Of a stretch of 24,000 nucleotides of DNA, positions 8,479-17,512 are shown piece by piece. How positions within the stretch are numbered: position 1 is the stretch's first letter; every line of letters begins with the position of its first letter. The position numbers and the translations under genes are program-made. Under the pieces are notes generated by a model. That model was not told where the DNA came from. It saw only the letters and a list, made by a program, of their open reading frames with translations, and made no database searches. The DNA comes from an uncultured Actinomycetota bacterium (GTDB taxonomy: Bacteria > Actinomycetota > Actinomycetes > Propionibacteriales > Propionibacteriaceae). The DNA is taken from NCBI GenBank assembly GCA_963789345.1, contig CAWBKR010000027.1, positions 53,065 through 77,064 on the forward strand, given 5' to 3'.

Positions 8479-9552
8479 TCAGCAGATGCGGGGCAGCTGT
8501 TCGCCCAGCGGCATGTCAACCACGCGGGTGCCGCCGAAGGTCGTCTTCGCCACCACCATGCCCGGATGATCGCCCACGCACTCGCCGATGATGGCGGCGC
8601 CGGTGCCGAGCGGGTGGGCCTGCATCGCAGCCAGCACGGCGTCGGCGTGTTCCCGGGGGACGAAGGCGACGAGCTTTCCCTCGTTGGCGACGTAGAGCGG
8701 GTCCAGTCCGAGCAGGGCACAGGCGTTGGCCACGTCCGGCGGTACGGGGATCGACCGCTCCACCAGCTGGACGCCGACACCGGCGGTGCGGGCGATCTCG
8801 TTGAGCGAGGTGCCCAGTCCGCCGCGCGTCGGGTCGCGCAGCACATGCAGATCGGGGCAGACCTTGATCATCTCCGCGACCAGCGGATGCAGGGCGGCAC
8901 TGTCGGTGATCATCTGCGTGCCGAACTCGAGCCCTTCCCGGACGCTCATGATCGCGATGCCGTGCACGCCGATCGGACCGCTGACGATGATCACGTCGCT
9001 GGTCTGGGCGCGCCGCGGATGGATGTCCACCCCGGCCGGCACCTGTCCGATGCCGGCGGTGTTCACGTACACCTGATCACCGTGGCCGGCGTCGACCACC
9101 TTGGTGTCACCGGTGACGATGCTGATCCCCGCGGTCCGGGCGGCGTCGCCCATGTCCTGAGCGACCCGGCCGATCACCGCCAGGTCGGTGCCCTCCTCCA
9201 GCACGAAACCGCACGAGAGGTACGCCGGCACGGCCCCGCTCATCGCCAGGTCGTTGATGGTGCCGTTCACGGCGAGATGCCCGATCGAGCCGCCGGGGAA
9301 GAACAGCGGCCGGACCACGAAGGTGTCGGTGGAGAACGCGAGCCGTACGCCGCCCACCTCCACCACGGCCGAATCGGTCTCCCCGCCACCTTGCTGACCC
9401 CCGAACGCCGGCACGAAGAGATGTTCCACCAGCTCGGCCGACATCTGGCCGCCACCGCCGTGACCCATCACCACCTGCGGGCTGTCCCGCAGCGGCAGCG
9501 GGCACGTCCAGCTCTCGAAGTCCAGGGCCGTGCCGTTCGCGACCTCAGACAC
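8479..9552 (-). CDS. hypE: [NiFe]-hydrogenase maturation protein HypE (carbamoyl dehydratase)
   Basis: The protein reads ...CPLPLRD...VVMGHGGGG...TGDTKVV... and ends with the C-terminal PRIC motif. The GTG start at 9552 overlaps the hypD stop by 8 nt. Confidence 0.93.
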   Translation of the reverse strand: MSEVANGTALDFESWTCPLPLRDSPQVVMGHGGGGQMSAELVEHLFVPAFGGQQGGGETDSAVVEVGGVRLAFSTDTFVVRPLFFPGGSIGHLAVNGTINDLAMSGAVPAYLSCGFVLEEGTDLAVIGRVAQDMGDAARTAGISIVTGDTKVVDAGHGDQVYVNTAGIGQVPAGVDIHPRRAQTSDVIIVSGPIGVHGIAIMSVREGLEFGTQMITDSAALHPLVAEMIKVCPDLHVLRDPTRGGLGTSLNEIARTAGVGVQLVERSIPVPPDVANACALLGLDPLYVANEGKLVAFVPREHADAVLAAMQAHPLGTGAAIIGECVGDHPGMVVAKTTFGGTRVVDMPLGEQLPRIC

Positions 9553-10666
9553 CGGCCACCTGCTTCTCCACCACCGGCAACGACAACCGGCGGTAGAGGT
9601 AGTAGGCAGCACAGGCGCCCTCGCTCGACACCATGGTGGCGCCGAGCGGGTTGCGAGGCGTGCACTCCTTGCCGAAGGCCGCGCACTCGTGCGGCTTGAT
9701 CAACCCCTGCAGCACCTCACCGCTCCGGCAGATCGTCGACTCCTGGGTGTCGATGCCGGTGACCTCGAAGCGGTACTCGGCGTCGAACTCGCGGTACCTC
9801 TCCGACAGCCGCCAGCCGCTGTCCGGGATCACGCCGATGCCGCGCCAGCCCCGGTCGGTCACCGTGAAGACGTCCTCGAGCAGCGCCCGCGCCGCCGGGT
9901 TGCCCTCCGCCGGCACCGCGCGCCCGTACGCGTTGTCGACTCTCGACTCCCCCGCCTCGAGCTGGTGCACCGTACGGCGGATGCCCTCCAGGATGTCCAG
10001 CGGCTCGAATCCGGTCACCACGATCGGCACCCGGAAGCGCTCGGCGAGCGGCGGGTACTCGGCCGTGCCCATCACGCTGCACACGTGCCCCGCGGCCAGG
10101 AAGCCCTGCACGCGGCAGGTCGGCGACGTCATGATCGCCTCGATGGCCGGCGGCACCCGCACGTGGGAGACCAGCATGGAGAAGTTGTCCACGCCCATCC
10201 GCTTGGCCTGGTAGACCGTCATCGCGTTCGGCGGGGCGGTGGTCTCGAAGCCGATGCCGAAGAAGACCACCTGCCGGTCCGGGTTCTCGCGGGCCAGCTT
10301 CAGGGCGTCGAGCGGCGAGTAGACCACCCGTACGTCGCCCCCCTGGCTCTTGATCCGGAACAGGTCCCGGTCGCTGCCCGGCACCCGCAGCATGTCCCCG
10401 AAGGAGCAGAAGATCACGTCCGGCCGGGAGGCGATCTCCAGCGCTTTGTCGATCAACTCCAGCGGCGTGACGCAGACGGGGCAGCCGGGGCCGTGGATCA
10501 TCTCGATCTGATCCGGGATCAGCTGGTCGATCCCGTGCCGGATGATCGAATGCGTCTGGCCGCCGCACACCTCCATCAACGCCCAGGGCCGGGTCACGGT
10601 GGCGTGGATGTCGTCGAGCAGCCGCTTGGCCAGGTCCGGATCGTTGAACTCGTCGATGTACTTCAC
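9545..10666 (-). CDS. hypD: [NiFe]-hydrogenase maturation protein HypD
   Basis: [17 protein letters not shown]...CGGQTH...[10 protein letters not shown]...FETTAP... The GTG start at 10666 forms a GTGA overlap with the hypC stop. The extension to 10951 in the ORF track is Arg/Gly-rich and implausible. Confidence 0.93.
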   Translation of the reverse strand: MKYIDEFNDPDLAKRLLDDIHATVTRPWALMEVCGGQTHSIIRHGIDQLIPDQIEMIHGPGCPVCVTPLELIDKALEIASRPDVIFCSFGDMLRVPGSDRDLFRIKSQGGDVRVVYSPLDALKLARENPDRQVVFFGIGFETTAPPNAMTVYQAKRMGVDNFSMLVSHVRVPPAIEAIMTSPTCRVQGFLAAGHVCSVMGTAEYPPLAERFRVPIVVTGFEPLDILEGIRRTVHQLEAGESRVDNAYGRAVPAEGNPAARALLEDVFTVTDRGWRGIGVIPDSGWRLSERYREFDAEYRFEVTGIDTQESTICRSGEVLQGLIKPHECAAFGKECTPRNPLGATMVSSEGACAAYYLYRRLSLPVVEKQVAGV

Positions 10667-10953
10667 TTCGGTACCTCTTCCCCAGCTTCCTTGGCCGCGC
10701 GGGCCCAGGCGTCGCCGAACTCCAGGTCCAGCTCGCCCATCCGCTCGAAGTTGGCCAGCGTCTCCTTCGCCGACCGCTCGTCGAGCCGCTGCAGCGCGAA
10801 GCCGACATGGACGATCGTGTAGTCGCCGACCTGAAGGTCCGGGACGAACTCGCAGCAGACCTCCTTCTCGACACCCCCGAAATCGACGGCGGCCATGGTG
10901 GTTCCGTCCTTCTCCCAGGTACGCAGCACCGCACCCGGCACGGCTAGACACAT
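10663..10953 (-). CDS. hypC: HypC/HupF-family hydrogenase chaperone
   Basis: The protein has the MCLAVPG N-terminus (essential Cys2). A GGAAGGAG Shine-Dalgarno sequence lies 6 nt upstream. The start overlaps the hypF 3' end by 10 nt. Confidence 0.9.
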   Translation of the reverse strand: MCLAVPGAVLRTWEKDGTTMAAVDFGGVEKEVCCEFVPDLQVGDYTIVHVGFALQRLDERSAKETLANFERMGELDLEFGDAWARAAKEAGEEVPK

Positions 10954-13286
10954 ACCGGACTCCTTCCTGTTCTCACACTCGCTCCGATGATCAGCTGGCC
11001 GAGGGCGATCCCGGCGTCACTGGGCGGCACCTGCCGATGTCGCAACACGCGGAAGTCTCTGCCCTGTAGACGTTCTGTACACAGGCGGGTCAGCAGCACG
11101 TTGAGGAACACGCCACCGGAGAGCGCCACGGCGGTGATCGCGGTTCGATCCCGGAGCCGTTCGGCGACCATGATCACCAGGTCGGCCACGGCGAGGTGGA
11201 ATCGCGCGGCGATGACCGAGGCCGGCTCGCCCCGCCGGACGTCCGCCGCCGCAGAGCGCAGCACCGGGCCCGGGTCGGCGGCGAGTTGATCATCGACGCC
11301 GAACCCGTACGGATGGTCGACCCGGTCGATCTCGCTGCGGGCCAGTCCCTCGAAGCGCATCGCCGCCTCGGCCTCGTACGCCACGCGGTGGCAGACCCCG
11401 GCGAGCGACGACACGGCGTCGAACAGCCGGCCCATGCTGGAGGTCGGTGCGCTGTTCAGTCCGGTGTCGAGTTGCCGGCGCAGCACCGCGCGCTCGGCCG
11501 GGCTGCACGCCGCCACGCTGGGTAGGCCCAGATCCCACTCGAGGCCGGCGGCGTCGAGATGGGACAGTGCCATCCGGCACGGGTTGCGGATCCCGGCGTC
11601 TCCGCCGGGGAGTGACACGTAGCCCAGGTGGCCGACCCGCCGGTAGTCGGCGTACGTCGCGATCATGAACTCGCCGCCCCACACCGCGCCGTCGTCGCCG
11701 TAACCCGTGCCGTCGAAGGCGAAGCCGATCACCGGCTCATCGTTCGGGTGATCGTTCTCGGCCATCGCCGAGGCGAGGTGCGCGTGGTGGTGCTGAACCC
11801 GGACGAGCTCCCGACCCTGAAGATGCTCGGCGGCCCACGCTCCGCTCCGATAGCCCGGATGGCGGTCGGCCACCAACAGCTCGGGGGCCACCCCGGTCAC
11901 AGTCGCCAGATGATCAACGGCCGTGTCGAACGCGCGCAGCGTGGCCAGGTCGTCCATGTCGCCGACGTGCCCGCTCAACCAGGCGTACCGCCCGCCGCCG
12001 ATCGCGAAGGTGTTCTTCAGGTCACCACCGACGGCGAGAGCTGGGGGAATCGGCAGCGGGAGCGAGATCGGCAACGGCGCGTACCCGCGGGACCGGCGGA
12101 CCGGCAGTTGCTCACCATTCTGATCATGAGCGACGATGCGGAGCACGGAATCGTCGCAGGGCACGTGGATCGGGCGGTCGTGGCTCAGCCACGCGTCCGC
12201 GATCGCCGCGAGCCGGATCCGGGCGTCGTGGTCGTCGGTCACGATCGGCTCGCCGGCCAGGTTGCCGCTGGTCAGCACCAGGGCCGCCGGACCAGGCGGA
12301 TCGCCGGGCAGCCCGAAGAGCAGTCGGTGTACCGGCGTGTACGGCAGCATGACCCCGCAGTCCGGCGAGTCCGGGGCTACGTCGGCGGCCAGCCGCAGGG
12401 TTGGCAAGGCGCATTTGGCAAGCAGGACCACCGGCCGCCGCCGGTCGGTGAGCAGGGCCCGCTCCGCCTCCGAGAGCTCGGCCAGCCTCTCGACCGTCGA
12501 CAGATCCGCGACCATGATCGCGAACGGCTTGTCGCCGCGGTCCTTGCGCTTGCGCAGGGTGGTCACCGCGGTCTCGTCGGTCGCGTCGCAGGCCAGGTGG
12601 TAGCCGCCGAGACCCTTGACGGCCACGACCGCTCCGGCGCTCAGGAGCCGGCGGGCCCCGGCCAACGCCTCCGCACCGGTGAGGTCGCCGACACCCGGCT
12701 GGTGCAGGGTGAGCGTCGGCCCGCAGTCGGGGCAGGCGACGGTCTGGGCGTGGAACCGGCGGTCGGCGGGATCGGCGTACTCGGCCGCGCAGGCTGCGCA
12801 CAGGGGCAGATCCGCCATGGTGGTCAGCGGTCGGTCGTACGGCAGGTCGGTGATGATCGTGAAGCGGGGACCGCAGTTGGTGCAGCTGATGAACGGGTGG
12901 CGGTAGCGGCGATCGGCCGGATCGGCGAGCTCGGCCAGGCAGTCGTCACAGACGCCGACGTCCGGGGAGATCAGCGTCCGACCGGGACCGGACGCGGAGC
13001 CGCCGATCACGAACTCGGTCCCGCCACGCACCGGTGACGCTTCGACGCTGATCGCGGTGATCTCGGCCAGGGGCGGGAGTTCCGTACGGAGTCGCGCCCG
13101 GAAGTCGAGCAGGGCAGACGGTTCGCCCTCGATCTCGATGATCACCCCGGAGCTGTCGTTGGCGACCGAGCCGGCCAGTCCAAGCCGTCGGGCCAGGGCG
13201 TACACGAACGGGCGGAAACCGACCCCCTGCACGACTCCCTGCGCACGTATGCGGTGCCGGGCCCGTCCCTCAGCCATGGCCGACAC
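10944..13286 (-). CDS. hypF: carbamoyltransferase HypF
   Basis: 780 aa with an acylphosphatase domain ([13 protein letters not shown]), two Zn-finger CxxC pairs (CDDC...[12 protein letters not shown]...CPDCGP), and YrdC and Kae1-like domains. An alternative ATG lies at 13277. Confidence 0.95.
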   Translation of the reverse strand: MSAMAEGRARHRIRAQGVVQGVGFRPFVYALARRLGLAGSVANDSSGVIIEIEGEPSALLDFRARLRTELPPLAEITAISVEASPVRGGTEFVIGGSASGPGRTLISPDVGVCDDCLAELADPADRRYRHPFISCTNCGPRFTIITDLPYDRPLTTMADLPLCAACAAEYADPADRRFHAQTVACPDCGPTLTLHQPGVGDLTGAEALAGARRLLSAGAVVAVKGLGGYHLACDATDETAVTTLRKRKDRGDKPFAIMVADLSTVERLAELSEAERALLTDRRRPVVLLAKCALPTLRLAADVAPDSPDCGVMLPYTPVHRLLFGLPGDPPGPAALVLTSGNLAGEPIVTDDHDARIRLAAIADAWLSHDRPIHVPCDDSVLRIVAHDQNGEQLPVRRSRGYAPLPISLPLPIPPALAVGGDLKNTFAIGGGRYAWLSGHVGDMDDLATLRAFDTAVDHLATVTGVAPELLVADRHPGYRSGAWAAEHLQGRELVRVQHHHAHLASAMAENDHPNDEPVIGFAFDGTGYGDDGAVWGGEFMIATYADYRRVGHLGYVSLPGGDAGIRNPCRMALSHLDAAGLEWDLGLPSVAACSPAERAVLRRQLDTGLNSAPTSSMGRLFDAVSSLAGVCHRVAYEAEAAMRFEGLARSEIDRVDHPYGFGVDDQLAADPGPVLRSAAADVRRGEPASVIAARFHLAVADLVIMVAERLRDRTAITAVALSGGVFLNVLLTRLCTERLQGRDFRVLRHRQVPPSDAGIALGQLIIGASVRTGRSPVCV

Positions 13287-14067
13287 CTACTGCCCGCCGC
13301 TCGGCCAGTCGGGCGTTCACGATCTCGATGTGCCGGCCGCTGTAACGCTGGAGGGCCGCATCCTGCTCGTCGCTGATCACGTCGCAGACCCAGTCCCAGT
13401 GCAGGGCGACCCGGTCGCCGACCGCCATCGCCGACGACAGCCCCACGCCGTCGATGCCGCGCCGGACGGTCTCGGTCAGGTCGGGCCCGAGGGCGAGCCG
13501 CTCCCCGTCCCACCCGAGCCGGGACGACGAGACCACCGTGTGGTCGCTGCCGACCTCCAGCACGACGCCGGAGCGGATGCGGCACCGGTCGAGCACCCGC
13601 ATGGCCTGGGGCGTCCGCCGCGGATCGCCGAGCATCCCCACCCACGGGTAAAGACACAGCACGGTGAAGCTGTGGTGCGGCAGGGTACCGGCGTCCAGCG
13701 CCTCGGCCAGGTCGGCGAAGAGGGGACCGCACCGACCACGGAACACCTCCCGGACGGCCGGACGTAGGTGGTCGGACCGCACCTGGTCGAGCGCCGGACC
13801 ACCGAGCCAGTAGGCCTCGACGATCGCACGGTCCAGCGGGTCGGAGATCGCGGCGACATCGGCGATCAGCTGCAGATGCGGCAGGGCCCCGTCGAAGTCC
13901 CGCGCCATGGCCCGCAGGCCTTGATCATCGCCGGTCACCCCGCGGGAGAAGAAGGCCGCGCTGTCGTCGGGTCCGCAGTAGCCGAGATCGTTGGGTGCAA
14001 AGGCGTACCGGGCGAAGAGCACCGGACCGCTGGCGCGACCCGGCGCAGCCGCCTCATTCGTCCGCAT
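13270..14067 (-). CDS. conserved hypothetical protein of hydrogenase maturation clusters (function unknown)
   Basis: 265 aa from ATG 14067: MRTNEAAAPGRASGPVLFARYAFAPNDLGYCGPDD... It overlaps the hypC-like stop by 14 nt and the hypF start by 8-17 nt. Codon third positions are GC-rich. Confidence 0.75.
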   Translation of the reverse strand: MRTNEAAAPGRASGPVLFARYAFAPNDLGYCGPDDSAAFFSRGVTGDDQGLRAMARDFDGALPHLQLIADVAAISDPLDRAIVEAYWLGGPALDQVRSDHLRPAVREVFRGRCGPLFADLAEALDAGTLPHHSFTVLCLYPWVGMLGDPRRTPQAMRVLDRCRIRSGVVLEVGSDHTVVSSSRLGWDGERLALGPDLTETVRRGIDGVGLSSAMAVGDRVALHWDWVCDVISDEQDAALQRYSGRHIEIVNARLAERRAVGVGHG

Positions 14068-14308
14068 CGCGTCCACGACCCATGAGCTCCAGGCCCTGCA
14101 TGGCCCGCTCGGCGCCCGCGGCGTCGACCTTCTCGACCGCGAAGCCCATGTGGATGAGCACCCAGTCGCCCGGCGCGACGTCGGCCTCCGGGTCGGGGAG
14201 CATGCCCAGGTTGATCCGCCGTGTGGCCCCCTCCACATCCACCAGCGCGAGCATGCCGCCGTAGCCGTCGACGCGCTCCACGACCTGGCCGGGAATCCCG
14301 AGGCACAC
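14054..14308 (-). CDS. hypC: second HypC/HupF-family chaperone
   Basis: 84 aa with the MCLGIPG N-terminus. It starts 3 nt after the endopeptidase stop. Confidence 0.88.
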   Translation of the reverse strand: MCLGIPGQVVERVDGYGGMLALVDVEGATRRINLGMLPDPEADVAPGDWVLIHMGFAVEKVDAAGAERAMQGLELMGRGRDADE

Positions 14309-14311
14309 GGG

Positions 14312-14839
14312 TCAGCCCGCCCGACTGGGTTCGGCCGCCTCGGCGCGCGAACCGGCCGATGCCCACGGCCGGGTAGCCAACAGCTCCCGGACCGACCGCG
14401 CCGACTCGATCACCGCGATGGCCATCGCCTCGCTCAGGCCGATGCCCTCGTCCAGCTGGATCGGGTGCGCGCCGACCACGTACGCCGGCGGTAACCGGCC
14501 ACCCAGCGCCGGCAGTCCGGTCAGCACCGCGACGGGGTTCATCGCGTGCGGGTCGCCGGCACCCTCCAGTCCGGTCAGGTCCTCGCTTCCGATCTGGAGC
14601 ACCACGGTCTCGCCCGGACGCCCATGTCCGGGCAGGGCGTCGACAACGACCAGGGCCTCATAACCGTCGAGCAGGTCGTAGAGGAGATGCACCCCGCGGA
14701 TGCCGTAGTCGACCACGCGGACGTCGGCCGGCAGCGGATCAGCCTCTGGCGCGATGAGCCGGCGGACCACTTCGGGTCCGAACCCGTCGTCGCCGAAGAA
14801 GAGGTTGCCGACTCCGGCGACCAGGACGCCAGGGGTCAT
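14312..14839 (-). CDS. hupD: hydrogenase maturation endopeptidase (HupD/HyaD family)
   Basis: MTPGVLVAGVGNLFFGDDGFGPEV...VVDYGIRG...VVVDA matches the family pattern. The start forms an ATGA overlap with the upstream ORF. Confidence 0.9.
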   Translation of the reverse strand: MTPGVLVAGVGNLFFGDDGFGPEVVRRLIAPEADPLPADVRVVDYGIRGVHLLYDLLDGYEALVVVDALPGHGRPGETVVLQIGSEDLTGLEGAGDPHAMNPVAVLTGLPALGGRLPPAYVVGAHPIQLDEGIGLSEAMAIAVIESARSVRELLATRPWASAGSRAEAAEPSRAG

Positions 14840-15165
14840 GGGCTCTCGCTCAGGTCCTCACCACGAGGGGTGCCCGGCACGTGCGCCGGCCCGACGCCGG
14901 GGTCGCTGTCCTCGTTCTGGGGCGTCTCTCCGGCTGGCTGCTCATCGGCCGGGTTGGCCGTAGCGCCTCGTGCGGTGTCGCTCGGATCGGGGGCCTTCAT
15001 CTCGGGATCTTCCACCGGCCCGGTGGCCCCGCCGACCTTGGCGCCGTCCTTGGTGCTCTCGGCGGAGCTGTCGATGTCGGCGCTCTCGCGACGACCCTCG
15101 TACGGCGGCAGCGCCCGGCCTCCGGTGTCCGGGGCGTCACCGCCCACATGGGAATCTGTGCTCAT
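14836..15165 (-). CDS. small acidic, Pro/Gly/Asp/Glu-rich intrinsically disordered protein (109 aa), unknown function
   Basis: A GAGGAGGA Shine-Dalgarno sequence lies 3-5 nt upstream of ATG 15165. Third codon positions are GC-rich and the stop forms an ATGA overlap with the endopeptidase start. There is no hydrophobic core. Confidence 0.7.
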   Translation of the reverse strand: MSTDSHVGGDAPDTGGRALPPYEGRRESADIDSSAESTKDGAKVGGATGPVEDPEMKAPDPSDTARGATANPADEQPAGETPQNEDSDPGVGPAHVPGTPRGEDLSESP

Positions 15166-15191
15166 CGTTCCTCCTCGTCCCTTGGGTCTGA

Positions 15192-15407
15192 TCAGCCGCC
15201 GTCGCCGGTCGGCAGGTCGGGACCGCCGTGCTCGGGCGTCTGCGCATCGACCGAACTATCCGGGTCCGCGTCGTGATCCTCGGTCTTGCCGGTCGGTCGG
15301 TCGGCGGGACCGCCCGACGGCTCGTCGGAACCGGTGTCGCGCGAGCCCATCGGGCCGCGTTCGCTCTGCGGTTCTTCGGACAGCTGCGCGCCTGGGGTGT
15401 CGGTCAT
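15192..15407 (-). CDS. small acidic intrinsically disordered protein (71 aa), unknown function
   Basis: An AGGAGG Shine-Dalgarno sequence lies 5 nt upstream of ATG 15407. Third codon positions are GC-rich. By my count there are 17 Asp/Glu against 4 Lys/Arg. Confidence 0.65.
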   Translation of the reverse strand: MTDTPGAQLSEEPQSERGPMGSRDTGSDEPSGGPADRPTGKTEDHDADPDSSVDAQTPEHGGPDLPTGDGG

Positions 15408-15432
15408 CGCGTCCTCCTGCCAATTCGGCCGC

Positions 15433-15552
15433 TCACATCGAGCGGATCTTGAAGTACCGGCGGATGTCGGGGATGGACACGATGCTGATCACCGCGAAAC
15501 CGACCGCCGCGGTAATCAGCAGGCCGGTGGTGACCTTGCCTAGCGTCCTCAT
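15433..15552 (-). CDS. 39-aa single-pass membrane peptide, unknown function
   Basis: MRTLGKVTTGLLITAAVGFAVISIVSIPDIRRYFKIRSM has a 21-residue hydrophobic helix flanked by basic residues. 36 of 39 codons end in G or C. The ATG at 15552 forms an ATGA overlap with the stop of the 433-aa gene. Confidence 0.65.
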   Translation of the reverse strand: MRTLGKVTTGLLITAAVGFAVISIVSIPDIRRYFKIRSM

Positions 15553-16850
15553 GAGGGGTTCTCCTTTCCATGTTCGGCCTGGGAGTTCGGCGTCTGGACG
15601 GGTAGGGGCTCCAGCTCGTCCGGCGCGAAGTACAGGTAGCGGCCGTACCAGTCGTGCAGATCGGCCGCCGGGTCGTCGGCCAGCACCACGGCGACGTGCA
15701 CACCGCCGTCCACGTCGGAGAGCACCGCGGTCACCCGGGCCACTTGGTCGGCGAAGAACAGATCCTGGGCGTCTGCACGGCGGCTGGGGTGCAGCCGGAC
15801 CAGGCTGCCCTTGCTGACGCTGCGCCCGTCGACCACGACCGCGTCGACCTCCGGCTGCGCCTGCTCGTCGACGGCTGGATCCCACCAGGGCTGCTCGCCT
15901 GGCTCGAACGTCGACGGCGTGGACAGTTCCGGCGGACCGGCCGTGTGCGGGCTCCGCAGCGCCCCGTGCAACCGTTGCAGTTCCTCCGGGGTCATGTTCT
16001 CGCAGCGGTCGACGATCTCTGCCGCCCGGGGATCGGTGGCCCGGGCCTCGGTCTTTTCCTCTTCGGTCATCGTCAGGACCCGCAGCGTCAGGATCTCGTC
16101 GATCTCGGTCGAGTCGAACAGGGCCCCGGCGCTCTCCGGAGCCACCTCCGGATGGTCGTACACGATGATCGGTGAGGCGAGGACGACATCGGTCGTGCCG
16201 GGCGGGCCCGCGAGCACGGGCCAGCAGCGGTGCTGCCGGCACCCTGCGACGATCGATTCGGCGTCGGCCGGAGGGTCGAGCAGGGAGACGAATCCGCGGC
16301 CGGTCACCTCGATGAGCAGATGGGTGCCGATCAGTGAGGTCCGGAGGGCTTCGTCCTTGGTTCCCGACCTCGAGGGGGCCCGATTCTGCACCTCGAGCGA
16401 CAACCGAGCGTAATCACCCAGGCGCGTTGCGTGACTGCGGACTTCTGCGGCGAGCGGCCAGCGCGTCCGTCCGACCGGGTCGGGGTCGTTGCCGCCGGCG
16501 ATGGCGACGGGGTCGATCACCACGGTGGTCAGGTCGGCCAGCCGGCGTTCCGGCAGACGCACTTCGTGCTCGACCGCCTCGTCCCAATCGTCGGCGCTGC
16601 GGTGCTGCAGCTGGAGGAACCGCAGGTGCACCGTGATGTGGGGCTCGGGCTCCCCGGGAGGCGCGTGCAGCAGGCATTGCGTGGCGAGCCGCGGGTCGTC
16701 CCCGATCCCGTCCTCGGCGGCCCCGGGTGGGCCCAGGACCCCGAACTGCCAGCGCAGCTGATTCTTGGCGGAGGTCGACCGGTACGGGTAGAGGAGATAA
16801 CCCTCGTACAGCACCGCGTCGGCCACCGCCCGGGCGTCCGTGAGACTCAC
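15549..16850 (-). CDS. conserved hypothetical protein of group 1h hydrogenase clusters (433 aa)
   Basis: The GTG start at 16850 forms a GTGA overlap with the upstream stop. The protein begins VSLTDARAVADAVLYEGYLLYPYR... I recognise no catalytic motif. Confidence 0.8.
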   Translation of the reverse strand: MSLTDARAVADAVLYEGYLLYPYRSTSAKNQLRWQFGVLGPPGAAEDGIGDDPRLATQCLLHAPPGEPEPHITVHLRFLQLQHRSADDWDEAVEHEVRLPERRLADLTTVVIDPVAIAGGNDPDPVGRTRWPLAAEVRSHATRLGDYARLSLEVQNRAPSRSGTKDEALRTSLIGTHLLIEVTGRGFVSLLDPPADAESIVAGCRQHRCWPVLAGPPGTTDVVLASPIIVYDHPEVAPESAGALFDSTEIDEILTLRVLTMTEEEKTEARATDPRAAEIVDRCENMTPEELQRLHGALRSPHTAGPPELSTPSTFEPGEQPWWDPAVDEQAQPEVDAVVVDGRSVSKGSLVRLHPSRRADAQDLFFADQVARVTAVLSDVDGGVHVAVVLADDPAADLHDWYGRYLYFAPDELEPLPVQTPNSQAEHGKENPS

Positions 16851-17512
16851 GACGCACTCCCGTTCGCAAAGGCGGCCGGGGTCGGCGGGGCCAGCGCGAG
16901 CAGCGAGTCGATGGTGGCGTCCCAACTGGTCAGCCCACGTTCGGCCTGGTAACGCGCCAGCGCGTGGAGCACGTCGCGGTCCAGCCGCAACCAGCCGGTG
17001 CCGGGAAAGTTGAACTCGATGACCTGCTGCCAGACCGACACCGGAAGTTGGTAGGCCGCTTCACAGTCCCATCCGACCTGCTCCACCCCGAACCCCTGGC
17101 GACCGCGGGTGAAGATCGTCCCGGAGAACAGCAGGAGCAGTGGGACGAAGCCATCCTGCAGCGCGTGCAGGTACTTCGAGCCGGTGACCTCGAAGTCGTA
17201 CGTGCAGGGCATCGGCAGATCGACGTCGGTCGAGCCCGTGAAGCCCTGTACCATCGCCGCACACTGCATCCACGGAAACGGGCGGAGGGTCTCGCGCCAC
17301 CGGCGGCGATCGCCGAACAACCCCAGCAGTTCTGCCTCGTCGGCCTCGCTGTAGGGCCGGCGCTGCGGCTCGATGCGGACCTGGCAGCGCAGGGCCATCG
17401 CATGGATGACCGCACCGCTCGACTCCTCGATACGCAGTCGAGCGGTCAGCTGGGGGGCGGCCGCGTACGGTTCGGCGACGATCTCGAGAGCAGTGAACGA
17501 CAGGGTGGTCAT
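16847..17512 (-). CDS. conserved hypothetical protein of group 1h hydrogenase clusters (221 aa)
   Basis: MTTLSFTALEIVAEPYAAAPQLTARLRIEE... The start forms an ATGA overlap and the stop a GTGA overlap with the neighbouring genes. Confidence 0.8.
   Translation of the reverse strand: MTTLSFTALEIVAEPYAAAPQLTARLRIEESSGAVIHAMALRCQVRIEPQRRPYSEADEAELLGLFGDRRRWRETLRPFPWMQCAAMVQGFTGSTDVDLPMPCTYDFEVTGSKYLHALQDGFVPLLLLFSGTIFTRGRQGFGVEQVGWDCEAAYQLPVSVWQQVIEFNFPGTGWLRLDRDVLHALARYQAERGLTSWDATIDSLLALAPPTPAAFANGSAS

Noticed and set aside
8445-8570. A duplicated ggcctg(c/g)aggagg segment, with two Shine-Dalgarno-like AGGAGG boxes on the plus strand, followed by a 27-codon ATG ORF antisense to the hypE 3' end.
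   Set aside because: The Shine-Dalgarno-to-ATG spacing of about 12 nt is too long and the ORF is tiny and featureless. The duplication is more simply spacer between the hypE stop and the big hairpin.
11131-11160. A tRNA T-arm-like string, ggttcgatcccgg.
   Set aside because: It lies inside the hypF coding frame with no acceptor or anticodon stems around it, so it is a chance match.
8431-13037. Long plus-strand ORFs (8431-9699, 9530-10822, 11628-13037) antisense to hypE, hypD and hypF.
   Set aside because: They are high-GC antisense shadow frames, and the minus-strand products carry unambiguous HypE, HypD and HypF motifs. The same reasoning applies to 19863-21311 (+) opposite hhyL/hhyS and 3710-4999 (-) opposite the regulator.
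14546-15817. 423-aa ORF on the plus strand, antisense to the endopeptidase, disordered-protein and membrane-peptide genes.
   Set aside because: Its composition is Arg/Pro/Gly/Ser-rich and low in complexity, as expected for shadow ORFs in ~70% GC DNA. It has no Shine-Dalgarno sequence and no recognisable motif. The opposite strand carries motif-supported genes with translational coupling.
15553-16242. The ORF-track call 15433-16242 (-, 269 aa) suggests a large protein ending in the membrane peptide.
   Set aside because: The upstream 230 codons are Arg/Gly/Pro-rich shadow sequence overlapping the well-supported 433-aa gene in another frame. Only the last 39 codons, starting at the ATG in the ATGA overlap, look genuine.
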